DNA from: Macrostomum lignano
Lineage: Eukaryota
Length of the DNA: 64,000 nucleotides
Assembly: GCA_002269645.1 (NCBI GenBank)
Contig: NIVC01000301.1
Span: 1-64,000, forward strand
Direction of reading: 5' to 3'
Shown here piece by piece: positions 12,535 through 24,417 of the stretch (position 1 is its first letter; every line of letters begins with the position of its first letter). The translations under genes were made by a program, and so were the position numbers. Below the pieces are notes generated by a model. The model was not told the origin of the DNA, ran no database searches, and saw nothing but the letters and a program-made list of their open reading frames with translations.

Positions 12535-13803
12535 CTAGATTAGCAATCCACAGTATAGATTAGCAATCCACAGTCTAGATTAGCAATCCACAGTCTAGAT
12601 TAGCAATCCACAGTATAGATTAGCAATCCACAGTCTAGATTAGCAATCCACAGTCTAGATTAGCAATCCACAGTATAGATTAGCAATCCACAGTCTAGAT
12701 TAGCAATCCACAGTATAGATTAGCAATCCACAGCGTATAGATTAGCATCGAGTTTAGATTAGCAATCCTCAACATAGATAGCAATCCAAAGTCTAGATTA
12801 GCAATCCACAGTATAGATTATCAATCCACAGTATAGATTAGCAATCCACAGTCTAGATTAGCAATCCACAGTATAGATTAGCAATCCACAGTATAGATTA
12901 GCAATCCACAGTCTAGATTAGCAATCCACAGTATAGATTAGCAATCCACAGTCTAAATTAGCAATCCACAGTGTAGATTAGCAATCCACAGTCTAGATTA
13001 GCAGTCCACAGTGTAGATTAGCAATCCACAACATAGATTAGCAATCTACAACATAGATTAGCACTCCACAGCGTAGATTAGCAATCCAAGTATAGATTAG
13101 CAATCCACAGTGTAGACTAGCAATCCACAACATAGATTAGCAATCTACAACATAGATTAGCAATCCACAGCGTAGATTAGCAATCCACAGCGTAGATTAG
13201 CAATCCACAGCGTAGATTAGCAATCCACAGTCTAGATTAGCAATCCAAAGTGTAGATTAGCAATCCACAGTCTAGATTAGCAATCCACGTGCTAGATTAG
13301 CAATCCACAGCGTAGCTTAGCAATCCACAGCGTAGATTAGCAATCCACAGCGTAGATTAGCAATCCACAGCGTAGATTAGCAATCCACAACATAGATTAG
13401 CAATCCACAGCGTAGATTAGCATCGAGTTTAGATTAGCAATCCACACCATAGATTAGCAATCCACACCATAGATTAGCAATCCACACCATAGATTAGCAA
13501 TCCACACCATAGATTAGCAATCCACACCATAGATTAGCAATCCACACCATAGCTTAGCAATCCACACCATAGATTAGCAATCCACACCATAGATTAGCAA
13601 TCCACACCATAGATTAGCAATCCACACCATAGATTAGCAATCCACACCATAGATTAGCAATCCACACCATAGATTAGCAATCCACAGCATAGCTTATCAA
13701 TCCACACCATAGATTAGCAATCCACACCATAGATTAGCAATCCACACCATAGATTAGCAATCCACACCATAGATTAGCAATCCACACCATAGATTAGCAA
13801 TCC
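12535..13803. repeat. 20-bp minisatellite (AGATTAGCAATCCACAGTCT)n
   Basis: Visible tandem array; starts ~16 nt downstream of the RA-domain ORF stop on the minus strand. Confidence 0.97.
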
Positions 13804-13818
13804 CCAGCCCCCAGTCCG

Positions 13819-14517
13819 CTACACCAGAGTGGCGTAGAACACCAGGTCACAGCAGCGCTCCGTCTCCGTGCCGAAGCCGCTGTCGCCAGCGTCAGAGGAT
13901 GAAGCGGCCGCGGCAGCTGCTTCGCCTTCTTCAGCCCTCGGTCCCAGAAGGTTGAGCCGGCGCATCCAGTCGCTGATGATGTCCTCCTCCTCCTCCTCCG
14001 GATTGTTGTCGACTGGTGGTTGAGCCGCGGCTGCCGTGGCAGCGGAAGCGGACATCCAGTGGGAGCGCCGCGGTCGAACCTGCAGCAGCGGCGGCCGCGA
14101 GCTGCCGCAGGCGCTCCATCGACGCCGAAGGAGGTTGGCGACCCGCAGCAGCGGCAGGTGGCCGCGGGCGCGCTTCGCTCGACCGTCTGGCATCTCGGCC
14201 AGCAGCTCGAAGTCGGCCGCCGCCTTCCAGATCTCCGACGCCGAAGATGTCGCCGTCTGACTCCGCCGTCGCTCGCGGTGCCACAGGAGGGCAAAAATCG
14301 CGTCCCGGCATGTCGTGCCGCTGCTCAGCCCGGCGAGGGCGAATCGGCGACCTTCAAATGCCACGACGCAGACGTCGGTGCCAGCGCCGGTCATCGTCGA
14401 TGGGGCCTTCTGCCGGCGTCGACGCCGACTTTGGCGCTGGCGCGGTGGCTCATCGATGGCGTCCTCGGCAGCGGAATCCGAGGAGACTGATGAGGCGTAA
14501 GGGAAGCTGGAGCTCAT
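13819..14517 (-). CDS. Intronless Ras-association (RA) domain protein, N-terminal RASSF7-10-like
   Basis: ORF from ATG 14517. Segment VCVVAFEGRRFALAGLSSGTTCRDAIFALL...FELLAEMPDGRAKR...LRVANLLRRRW...LQVRPR resembles the N-RASSF RA domain (KVWVDG-QR-VCG-T-TTCQEVV-AL). C-terminus DSGFG...ATLV ends in a class I PDZ-binding-like motif. Confidence 0.7.
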   Translation of the reverse strand: MSSSFPYASSVSSDSAAEDAIDEPPRQRQSRRRRRQKAPSTMTGAGTDVCVVAFEGRRFALAGLSSGTTCRDAIFALLWHRERRRSQTATSSASEIWKAAADFELLAEMPDGRAKRARGHLPLLRVANLLRRRWSACGSSRPPLLQVRPRRSHWMSASAATAAAAQPPVDNNPEEEEEDIISDWMRRLNLLGPRAEEGEAAAAAASSSDAGDSGFGTETERCCDLVFYATLV

Positions 14518-14756
14518 TTCCCCACCCCTCAGTGAGCTCCGGAGGCTTGGGTGGCGCACGGTAGGTTGATTTCTTTAAAACGCAAGCGGACTTACTTGCA
14601 GGTCGCTTCCCATTGGCCCTGAGATCCCCTGGCCCTTGCCAGCTTTGGATTGGACTAAGGCGCTCTGTGAGTGAACTGGCCTTCTGTCTGGGCTTCAGCT
14701 TCAGCCACCTGAAGCTACTGAAGTGTGTTCTTTTCCACAGAATTTCGTGGTATCAA

Positions 14757-15105
14757 CCTCCTGAAGGTAAAGCTCTCAGCCTCCTGAAGGTAAAGCTCTC
14801 AGCCTCCTGAAGGTAAAGCTCTCAGCCTCCTGAAGGTAAAGCTCTCAACCCCCTGAAGGTAAAGCTCTCAGCCTCCTGAAGCTAAAGCTCTCAGCCTCCT
14901 GAAAGTAAAGCTCTCAACCTCCTGAAGGTAAAGCTCTCAGCCTCCTGAAGGTAAAGCTCTCAGCCTCCTGAAAGTAAAGCTCTCAGCCTCCTGAAATTAA
15001 AGCTCTCAGCCTCCTGAAGGTAAAGCTCTCAGCCTCCTGAAGGTAAAGCTCTCAGCCTCCTGAAGGTAAAGCTCTCAGCCTCCTGAAGGTAAAGCTCTCA
15101 ACCTC
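14757..15105. repeat. 23-bp minisatellite (CCTCCTGAAGGTAAAGCTCTCAG)n
   Basis: Visible tandem array. Confidence 0.96.
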
Positions 15106-15384
15106 ATCCTAAGCTCTGATCAGAAAACAAGCAAATGAAAAACAGAAGTCGCACATTTAAAATCCTTCAGTTTCTCCATAGCAACAAACTGCGAGCTAAC
15201 AATGCGAAAAATTGTTTTGTAAAGAAGCCACGAGCTAAAAGACTGACAAATCTACCATGAAGGTGAACCGCGCAGTAAAATACGCGATGATGATCTGGAG
15301 AAATGCACTGCTAGACATAACTAAGAAATGGAGCAATGGCGCAATTTCGAGTTGGCAACAAATTGTCTGGCCAGTTTCAGACTT

Positions 15385-15398
15385 GTTACCATGGCAAC
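15385..15398. promoter_or_regulatory. Canonical RFX X-box GTTACCATGGCAAC (second, weaker site GTTTCTCCATAGCAAC at 15170-15185)
   Basis: Exact match to the GTYNCYATRGYAAC consensus; function not shown. Confidence 0.55.
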
Positions 15399-15434
15399 AA
15401 GACTGTCAGTGTGTACAGAATAAAAAATTCGATT

Positions 15435-17500
15435 TCAATCATCGATTTTTTCATCGCTCCAGTCGACGCGGGTGATCCGCAGGCGATGGTCTCCGGGGGC
15501 TCTGATGAGGCCGATGGATCCCAGCATCAGCTCCTCCAGCCTCTCCGGCTCGGCTTTCTCGGCGTCGCCCAGCTCAAATCGGAAGCGGCTGAGCAGCGAG
15601 CCGAAGAGGGTCAGCAGCTCGCGCTGCGCCAGCTGCTCGCCCAGGCAGGCCCGGCGCCCGATGCCGAAGCTCACGGCCTGGTCCAGCCGGCGGCAGCGCC
15701 CGGACTCCGGCTCGATGAACCTCTCGGGATTGAACCGCTCCGGCTCCGGGAAGTGCTCCGGGTCCCGGTGCGTGGCGAACAGGTTCAGCATCACGAAGTC
15801 GCTCGGCTCCACGGTGCAGCCCAGCACCTCCGTGGCCTGGGCAGTGCAGGTCAGGGGCATGGTAGGGAGGGGCTGTTAGCGTATTTTGACCCCCCCCCCA
15901 AATCCAAACCTTAGCTGCTGACCCGCCAGCCCTCACCCTGGGCTGGTGACCCCCCTCCCAGCCCTCACCCTGGGCTGGTGACCCCCCAAGTCCCCACCCT
16001 AGTGACCCCCGAGTCCTCACCCTGACTACGCGGCTGTTGACCCCCAGTGGCAGCGGTACCACCAGGCGCAGAGTCTCCTCAATGAAGGCCCTGGTGAACG
16101 GCAGCTTCTCTCTGTCGGCCATGCTGACTGGCCTCCAGTCGGTGCCGATGGCGGCGGCCACCTCCAGGCGGCAGCGACGCTGCATGTCGGGGTGCAGGGC
16201 GGCCATGAGCAGCAGCCAGCGCAGGCTGTTTGCGGATGTCTCGGTGCCGCCCAGGTAGATGTCGTAAGCGGAGCGGTACAGCTGGTAGTCGTCGAAGGTG
16301 CCAACGCTGCCGGTCTCCCGGAGCTGTCGCTGCTGCTCCAGCAGGTAGGCCTCGACATAGTTGGCCGGCTGGCTGTCCGGGTCCGTCCAGAAGTTCGGAT
16401 CCATCCGGCCGGCCCGGACAGCCTCCACTCGGGTGCGCATGAACTCCAAAACCCAGTTGTTGCTGCGGTCCAGAGCTCGAGCCCCGGACGACAGGGCCAG
16501 CATAGGCCGGATGGGGAGCCAGGGGTAGCAGGTGATGAGCAGGGTGACAAAGTCTCCGTGGGTCAGCGTGCTGAGGTGGGACACGTACTCCGACAGCTCA
16601 CTGTCTGAGTAGTCGGCTCGGGTTGAGAAGAGCAGCTGAGAGATGACGTTAACAATGGCCCGCGTGATCAAGTCTGAAGGCGGGGAGGGGGGGCGGGTGA
16701 GCAGAGTTCTCAGTAGAATAGGGCACAGCAAGAATGCAGTCAAGCCAGATAAAACTGCTCCAATCTGAACTCTTAAACCAGAAAATGCGAATGACGCACG
16801 AGACGGCCATTGGAGCAAAGTAAAAATTTGGCCAAGTAAGCTGGACGGAAAACTGGTCAGACTGAGATTTCAAAGTTCCAAATGCTCTCTGCTCAGTACT
16901 GGAAGCGCGCACTCGAAAAGTTCGAAATTCTAAAAAAATTTCCTTACCACTCGCGTCGACTTCAGCCGACGCGCGGCCGTCGAGGGCGTCGGCCAGCGCA
17001 TCCAGCAGACTGCGGCACTCCGCCTCGATCAGCGCCTCCGCCTGCGGCCCGCCGAGGCCCAGCCGGCGGAAGGCGCGCACGGCGAATCGACGATGCTCCG
17101 CCCAGAGAGGCCCGTCGGACATGGCGAGGCCGCGCTTCCTTGACAGGTAGCGGAAGAACGGCGTGTCCATGCGGTAGCCAAAGGCGTCGCCGCGGCCGAT
17201 CAGCGCCTCGCGCAGGGCGGCGTGGCCGCTGATGAGGACGAAGCGCTGCGTGCCGAGCCGGAAGGCCGTCACGGGGCCGAAGCGGCGGCTCAGGCCCTGC
17301 AGGTACAGGTGGAAGCGGAAGCGCCGGCCGAACCGCAGCGCTTTGGCAAAGAAGGCCGGCAGCTGGCCGAGAAATGGCGGCCCGCCGGGTCCTGGCGGAG
17401 TCCGGCCGCTTGAGAGCCGCAACTGCCGCTGCCGCTTCTGCAAAAGCAGCAGCAGCAGCAGCAGTAGAAAGGACAGCGACAGTGCGAATTCGAGCAACAT
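15435..17500 (-). CDS. Cytochrome P450, CYP2 clan, 3 exons
   Basis: Exons 17500-16948, 16673-16021, 15836-15435 with phase-consistent GT-AG junctions. Hydrophobic anchor, PPGPGGPPFLG hinge, WAEHRRF (WxxxR), I-helix GGTETS, K-helix EETLR, PERF, heme motif FGIGRRACLG. Confidence 0.96.
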
Positions 17501-17552
17501 GTTTGGCACTTCTTAGCCATGAAGGCTGGGCAGTGCAGGGCTTTCCCGGTGC

Positions 17553-17580
17553 TTTTATACCTTAATTAGCTCACGTGAGC
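17553..17580 (-). promoter_or_regulatory. Putative CYP core promoter: TATAAAA (17559-17553) plus palindromic E-box GCTCACGTGAGC (17569-17580)
   Basis: Motifs visible 53-80 nt upstream of the CYP ATG. Confidence 0.5.
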
Positions 17581-17655
17581 AGAGTGCGGGCTGGGGTGCG
17601 CTGCTAGTCGTGCTCTGCCTCCCAGGTTGGATACAGACAGCTGACCCGCCCACGT

Positions 17656-17688
17656 ATCTGTCTATCTATCTATCTATCTGTCTATCTG

Positions 17689-17774
<86 letters not shown>

Positions 17775-17775
17775 C

Positions 17776-17813
<38 letters not shown>
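17656..17813. repeat. (TATC)n microsatellite
   Basis: Visible. Confidence 0.98.
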
Positions 17814-17814
<1 letters not shown>

Positions 17815-18399
17815 CCTTCCTACTTTTACGGAATCGATTAGCCCAGTAAACTGTAACAACCAGGCTGTTGTAGGCCAAGAACTTTTAGCGCAGTGCCCAG
17901 TGGCTGTCTGAGGTGCGCCTGTGTGCTGCTGACGCATGCAAGGAAAATACTTCCACAGCTGAGCAACCCCTTCGGTCACAAGGCGCGGCCCAGCTCAAAA
18001 GCAACAAAAGACTTGCACTTTCCAATAAGATAATGGACCGAGGGACTGGGGGGGGCAGTGACGCAGGGCTGACTCAGTTGGCCAGGTTGAGCAACAGGCG
18101 AGGCGAGGAAAGGCCAAAATGCTCAGCTCAGACGCAGAGACGGGGCGCTCGAAATGAAGCGAACTGTGGGTTTGAAGAATGGCATTTCTATTCACGCTTG
18201 CCACTCTGTGAACTGTTGACGGGTTCGCATTTTTTTGAGTGCTTTTCTTATGTTTTAGCAGGCAGGTAACTGTTGCTGTGGTGGATTGAGCACAGGTTGG
18301 CTGCTCAGTTCTACGCTAGACAGTGCTGCTGATTGCCTCGCCTGCTTCTCCGATCTTGCAAATTTTTCTGGCAGAAATTATCTCCGACGTATGCAAGGA

Positions 18400-19945
18400 A
18401 ATCACCCATCAAAAATAACCTATCAAAAATCGCCCATCAAAAATCACCGATCAAAAATCACCCATCAAAAATACCCATCAAAAATACCCATCAAAAATAC
18501 CCATCAAAAATAGCCTATCAAAAATCGCCCATCAAAAATCACCGATCAAAAATCACCGATCAAAAATACCCATCAAAAATAACCTATCAAAAATCGCCCA
18601 TAAAAAATCACCGATCAAAAATCGCCCATCAAAAATACCCATCAAAAATAACCTATCAAAAATCACCCATCAAAAATCACTGATCAAAAATCACCCATCA
18701 AAAATCACCGATCAAAAAATACCCATCAAAAATAGCCTATCAAAAATCGCCCATCAAAAATCACCCATCAAAAATCACCCATCAAAAATCACCCATCAAA
18801 AATCACCCATCAAAAATCACCCGTCAAAAATCAACCATCATAAATGACCTATCAAAAATCCCCCATCAAAAATCCCCCATCAAAAATCGCCATAAAAAAT
18901 CACCTATCAAGAAACGCCCGTCAACAATCGCCCGTCAAAAATCGCCCATCAAAAATACCAATAAAAAATCACCCATCAAAAATCACCTATCAAGAAACGC
19001 CCGTCAACAATTGCCCGTCAAAAATCGCCCATCAAAAATACCCATCAAAAATCGCCCATCAAAAATATCAATCAAAAATCACCCATCAAAAATCACCGAT
19101 CAAAAATCACCGATCAAAAATCACCCATCAAAAATCGCCCATCAAAAATACCAATCAAAAATCACCCATCAAAAATCGCCCATCAAAAATACCCATCAAA
19201 AATCGCCCATCAAAAATACCAATCAAAAATCACCCATCAAAAATCACCTATCAAAAAACGCCCGTCAACAATTGCCCGTCAAAAATCGCCCATCAAAAAT
19301 ACCAATCAAAAATCACCCATCAAAAATCCCCCATCAAAAATCACCCATCAAAAATCACCCATCAAAAATCACCTATCAAGAAACGCCCGTCAACAATCGC
19401 CCGTCAAAAATCGCCCATCAAAAATACCCATCAAAAATCGCCCATCAAAAATACCAATCAAAAATCACCCATCAAAAATCACCTATCAAAAAACGCCCGT
19501 CAACAATTGCCCGTCAAAAATCGCCCATCAAAAATACCAATCAAAAATCACCCATCAAAAATCACCCATCAAAAATCACCCATCAAAAATCACCTATCAA
19601 GAAAGGCCCGTCAACGATCGCCCGTCAAAAATCGCCCATCAAAAATACCCATCAAAAATCGCCTATCAAAAATACCCATCAAAAATCACCCATCAAAAAT
19701 CACCCATCAAAAATCACTTATCAAGAAAGGCCCGTCAACAATCGCCCGTCAAAAATCGCCCATCAAAAATACCCATCAAAAATCGCCTATCAAAAATACC
19801 CATCAAAAATCACCCATCAAAAATCACCCATCAAAAATCACCTATCAAGAAACGCCCGCCAACAATCGCCCGTCAAAAATAACCCTTAAAAATCACCCAT
19901 AAAAAATCCCTCGTCAATACTCGCCCATCAAAAATCGCCCTAAAA
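18400..19945. repeat. 13-14-bp minisatellite (CAAAAATCACCCAT)n with variants
   Basis: Visible tandem array. Confidence 0.97.
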
Positions 19946-20399
19946 ACCCTTAATAAAGCCTTTAATAAAAAAGTATCACCCTTGCCCACGCAGAATCAAA
20001 GCAAAAATCTCCCAGAGATCAACAAGTGAGTTCTGCTGTTTACTGCAAGAAACAATGCAGCACACGCATTCCTACAGGTGTACTTTCAGTAGTGAGCACA
20101 GAGCAGTGGCACTCAAACTGCAAGGGCAATGAGTGTCTCAGCAAGGCAATCTCGAACCCATTAGGCTGTTTAGCAACCCCCCTGTCCATTAGCCTGTCAT
20201 GCTCTCGTAATTCCACTTTTCGCTTTTGCATACCGGAGTCAGTCCGGCGGCTAATTACTCCTGCCGGCTTCATCTTCTGCTCCGTCAACGGCGAGTAATG
20301 CGAGATGCGGCTGAACCGCCTGTGCGGCACTGAAGTGCTCCTGACGCCTTCTGTGGGAGCGGCTGACTGCTGAGGCTCGCTGCTCGCACTCTACCGCAC

Positions 20400-20857
20400 T
20401 CACACTCGGACTCTCATTCTCACTCTCAGTCTCACTTTCAATCTCACTCTCAGTCTCAATCTCACTTTCAATCTGACTTTCAAATCTCAATCTCAATCTC
20501 AATCTCACTCTCTCAATCTCAATCTCAATCTCAATCTCAATCTCAGTCTCAGTCTCACTTTCAATCTCACTCTCAGTCTCAATCTCACTTTCAATCTGAC
20601 TTTCAAATCTCAATCTCAATCTCAATCTCACTCTCAATCTCAATCTCACTCTCATTCTCAATCTGAATCTCTCTCTCAATCTCACTCTCGATCTCAATCT
20701 CTCTCTGACTCTCAATCTCTCTCTCTCAATCTCACTCTCAATCTCAATCTCAATCTCTCTCTCTCTCTCTCAATCTCAATCTCACTCTCAGTCTCAATCT
20801 CACTTTCAATCTCACTTTCAATCTCAATCTCACTCTCACTCTCAATCTCAATCTCAA

Positions 20858-20892
<35 letters not shown>

Positions 20893-21031
20893 ATCTCACT
20901 CTCAATCTCACTCTCACTCTCAATCTCACTCTCACTCTCACTCTCAATCTCAATCTCACTCTCAATCTCACTCTCACTCTCAATCTCACTCTCACTCTCA
21001 ATCTCACTCTCACTCTCAATCTCAATCTCAA

Positions 21032-21066
<35 letters not shown>

Positions 21067-21439
21067 ATCTTAATCTCAATCTCAGTCTCAGTCTTACCCT
21101 CGCTCTCACTCACACTCTCACTCTCAATCTCACTCTCAATCTCACTCTCACTCTCAATCTCAATCTCAATCTCACTCTCACTCTCAATCTCAATCTCAAT
21201 CTCACTCTCACTCTCACTCTCAATCTCAATCTCAATCTCACTCTCACTCTCAATCTCAATCTCAATCTCAATCTCACTCTCACTCTCAATCTCAATCTCA
21301 ATCTCACTCTCACTCTCACTCTCAATCTCAATCTCACTCTCACTCTCAATCTCAATCTCAATCTCACTCTCACTCTCACTCTCAATCTCAATCTCACTCT
21401 CACTCTCAATCTCACTCTCACTCTCAATCTCAATCTCAA

Positions 21440-21486
<47 letters not shown>

Positions 21487-21605
21487 ATCTCACTCTCAAT
21501 CTCACTCTCACTCTCAATCTCACTCTCACTCTCAATCTCACTCTCAATCTCACTCTCACTCTCACTCTCAATCTCACTCTCACTCTCAATCTCACTCTCA
21601 CTCTC
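20400..21605. repeat. 6-bp microsatellite (CTCAAT/CTCACT)n
   Basis: Visible. Confidence 0.97.
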
Positions 21606-22384
21606 CAACCTCGCGTTCGCCTAGGCGTTCGCCTAGTCGTTATGAATGTCTAAATTAAAATTTTAACAGCATGCAGACCGTAGCTTCTATTATTCATTTC
21701 GAAATCTGCAGTCTCACAAAGCTCCCTTAGTTGAGCATTTTTTCAGGCGGAACGGCAGGACTGAGAATGCAAGTCAGGGCGGCCCCTCAGGGACTCGTGC
21801 TCCCGCTGAATGGGGGGGTGGCTCAGGTTCAGAATGGCACGGTCGAGGCGAGTGACTGCTAGCCAGACTGCGGCTGAGTCTACTCAAATGTTGATTGAAG
21901 AGAGAAAGATGGGGATGTTCAGGACAGCGGGGCGAGTTTCACTCTGCAAAAAAACTTTTTTTCTATCCAGAAATCCCCGGCTCCGTGACAGCCTCGCCAA
22001 GTCCAATCTGTTGAGGGCTATTTTTATACGGGCTCAGGAATGAGGCGCTGTGTCCCAGCCTCCCTTCTCCCCGCGCTGTCCCCGCTTCATCATTCCCGTC
22101 CCCCTATCATCATGGCTAGGCTGCTTTCCCGGCAGTCCTTTGCTCTTCTTGTCATTCGCTCACCGTGTGTGAGCACCGGCGGAGCTGGGAAGCTGGATTT
22201 AATGTCACTTTTCATTCTTTTATTCGATAGTGCAGTCTCGTTTCAAAACAGATTGAATGAAACATTGACCAACAGTTACGGGGTAGCGACGGGCGATGAA
22301 GGATGCCTGTACTTATGGTTTCTGTACTCTGGTAACTGGCTTTCATGCTTATCACCCGCCCATCTCCAGCTGCCCTTCTTCTTT

Positions 22385-23040
22385 GCCCTTTCTCTACCCT
22401 TTTCTCTACCCTCTTGTTTACCCTCGTCTGTACCCTTTTCTCTACCCTCTTGTTTACCCTCGTCTGTACCCTTTTATCTACCCTCCCCTTCTACCCTTTT
22501 CTCTACCCTCCCCTCTACCCTTTTCTCTACCCTCTTGTTTACCCTCGTCTCTACCCTTTTCTCTACCCTCCCCTCTACCCTTTTCTCTACCCTCCCCTCT
22601 ACCCTTTTCTCTACCCTCCCCTCTACCCTTTTCTCTACCCTCTTGTCTACCCTTTTATCTACCCTCCCCTCTACCCTTTTCTCTACCCTCCCCTCTACCC
22701 TTTTCTCTACCCTCCCCTCTACCCTTTTCTCCACCCTCCCCCTCTACCCTTCTCTCTACCCTCTTGTCTACCCTTTTATCTACCCTCCCCCTCTACCCTC
22801 CCCTTTACCCTTTTCTCTACCCTCCCCCTCTACCCTCCCCTCTACCCTCCCCTCTGCCCTCCCCCTCTACCCTCCCCCTCTACCCTCCCCCTCTACCCTT
22901 CCCATCTACCCCTCTCCCTACCCTTCTCTTTACCATCTCCCTCTAACCCCCTCTACCCCCTTTCTAGCCCCCCTCTACCCTCTCCCTCTACCCTCTCCCT
23001 CTTCCCTTTCCTCTACCCTTTTCTCTACCTTCCCTTTACC
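22385..23040. repeat. Polypyrimidine repeat (CTCTACCCTCCC/CTCTACCCTTTT)n
   Basis: Visible. Confidence 0.95.
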
Positions 23041-23449
23041 CTCTGTCTCTCTTCTAAGACTTTGAAGTAAAAGTGTGGGCAGACTCACTGGCAGATGAAA
23101 AGCAAGAGTAAAAAAACAGCAACGCTCACGGAAAGCCAATAAAATACGTTTAAAAATGACAAAAAAACAGATTAAAAAATATTGCTAGTAAGTTCTCAGT
23201 CAGTGGTTCTGGCGCGCGACTGATGCAGGACAAAATCAACTTCAGATAAAAATTGTCAACTCAGACCAGAGCCCGCACACAGTTCAACTGAATTATAGGG
23301 GAAACAGTGCGCAATTAAATTATCACAGTGCATGCGGGCGCCAACTCTCATTTCCATTATTGCTCCTGATAAGTGTTCTTCAATTGGACAGCCTTTCAGT
23401 ATTTCTGTAACTACGAGTAGCTCTTCATTCCCAGTCCTTTTATTTGTGC

Positions 23450-23855
23450 CTAACCCTTACCCTAAACCTAGCCCTACCTCTAACCCTAGCCCAACCCCAA
23501 CCCTAGCCCAACCCAACCCTAGCCCATCCCAACCCTAGTTCCACCCCAACCCTAGCCCAACCCCAACCCTAGCCCAACCCAACCCTAGCCCATCCCAACC
23601 CTAGTTCCACCCCAACCCTAGCCCAACCCCAACCCTAGCCCATCCCAACCCTAGTTCCACTCCAACCCTAGCCCCACCCCAATCCTAGCCCCAGCCTTAC
23701 CCTAGCCCCACCCCAACCCTAGCCCCACCCCAACCCTAGCCCCACCCCAACCCTAGCCCCACCCCAACCCTAGCCCCACCCCAACCCTAGCCCCACCCCA
23801 ACCCTAGCCCCACCCCAACCCTAGTTCCAGCCCAACCCTAGCTCTAACCTTAGCC
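23450..23855. repeat. ~17-bp C-rich minisatellite (CCCTAGCCCCACCCCAA)n
   Basis: Visible. Confidence 0.95.
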
Positions 23856-23967
23856 CTATTAGACACAACGTCAAAATTATATTTCGCTCAAGCCCCTCAG
23901 CGACTCCGCAGGGCAGGCAGGCAGGCAGGCAGGCACAAGTTCACAGCTACCAGCCCCAGCCCATCAA

Positions 23968-24417
23968 TCAGTCCTGCTCTTTGATGGAGCCGAGATTCTG
24001 CAGCGCGACAAAATCGAAGGACTTTCGCCTGGCCCGATTAGCGTCCGGCGGCAGCGGCATCGTGTCGATGGCCAACCGCTGCGCCGGGCTGGCCGGTTGT
24101 CGGGCCGACGCACCGCTCGTGTCGCCGCCGATGCCGGAGGCCGCTGCCGCGGCGCTCAGTCGCTCCAGCCGGCGCCGCAGCTCCTCCGGCTCGGCGTTCT
24201 CGTGCACCGCCGGCAGCGAGCGCGAGCGCGAATTGCGCGGCGACGGCGGCGTCAGGCGCTGAATGCAGCGGCGCGGCTCCACGATGTCCTCGTCGTCGGG
24301 CGCAGCGGCGGCGGTGGCGGCGCTTGCTGCACCCGAAGAGGGGCCCGCCGGCGCCTCGCCGGAGTCTTCGAGCTCAATGCGGATGCCCGGCAGGTTGGGG
24401 GCGGCCGGCGGCTCCAT
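23968..24417 (-). CDS. Hypothetical low-complexity, probably disordered protein (149 aa) or terminal exon
   Basis: GC-rich ORF with the codon style of the verified genes, preceded by acceptor-like CAG sites; contains RSRSLP and RRKSF kinase-site-like motifs; no recognised domain. Confidence 0.55.
   Translation of the reverse strand: MEPPAAPNLPGIRIELEDSGEAPAGPSSGAASAATAAAAPDDEDIVEPRRCIQRLTPPSPRNSRSRSLPAVHENAEPEELRRRLERLSAAAAASGIGGDTSGASARQPASPAQRLAIDTMPLPPDANRARRKSFDFVALQNLGSIKEQD

Noticed and set aside
14016-17516. Multiple overlapping and antisense ORFs over the RA-domain and CYP genes (likewise at TTLL3, NCS and 26541-27185)
   Set aside because: Shadow ORFs expected from high-GC coding sequence; no recognisable domains.
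17538-17547. GGGCTTTCCC as an NF-kB site
   Set aside because: It mismatches the GGGRNNYYCC consensus on both strands and has no supporting context.
18333-23070. Long ORFs rich in KSPIKNH, ESEIE/RVRLR and LPSPLP
   Set aside because: All coincide with simple tandem repeats; no non-repetitive coding sequence.
23450-23855. Interstitial telomeric repeat
   Set aside because: The unit is ~17 bp (CCCTAG/CCCCAA mix), not a run of canonical TTAGGG.
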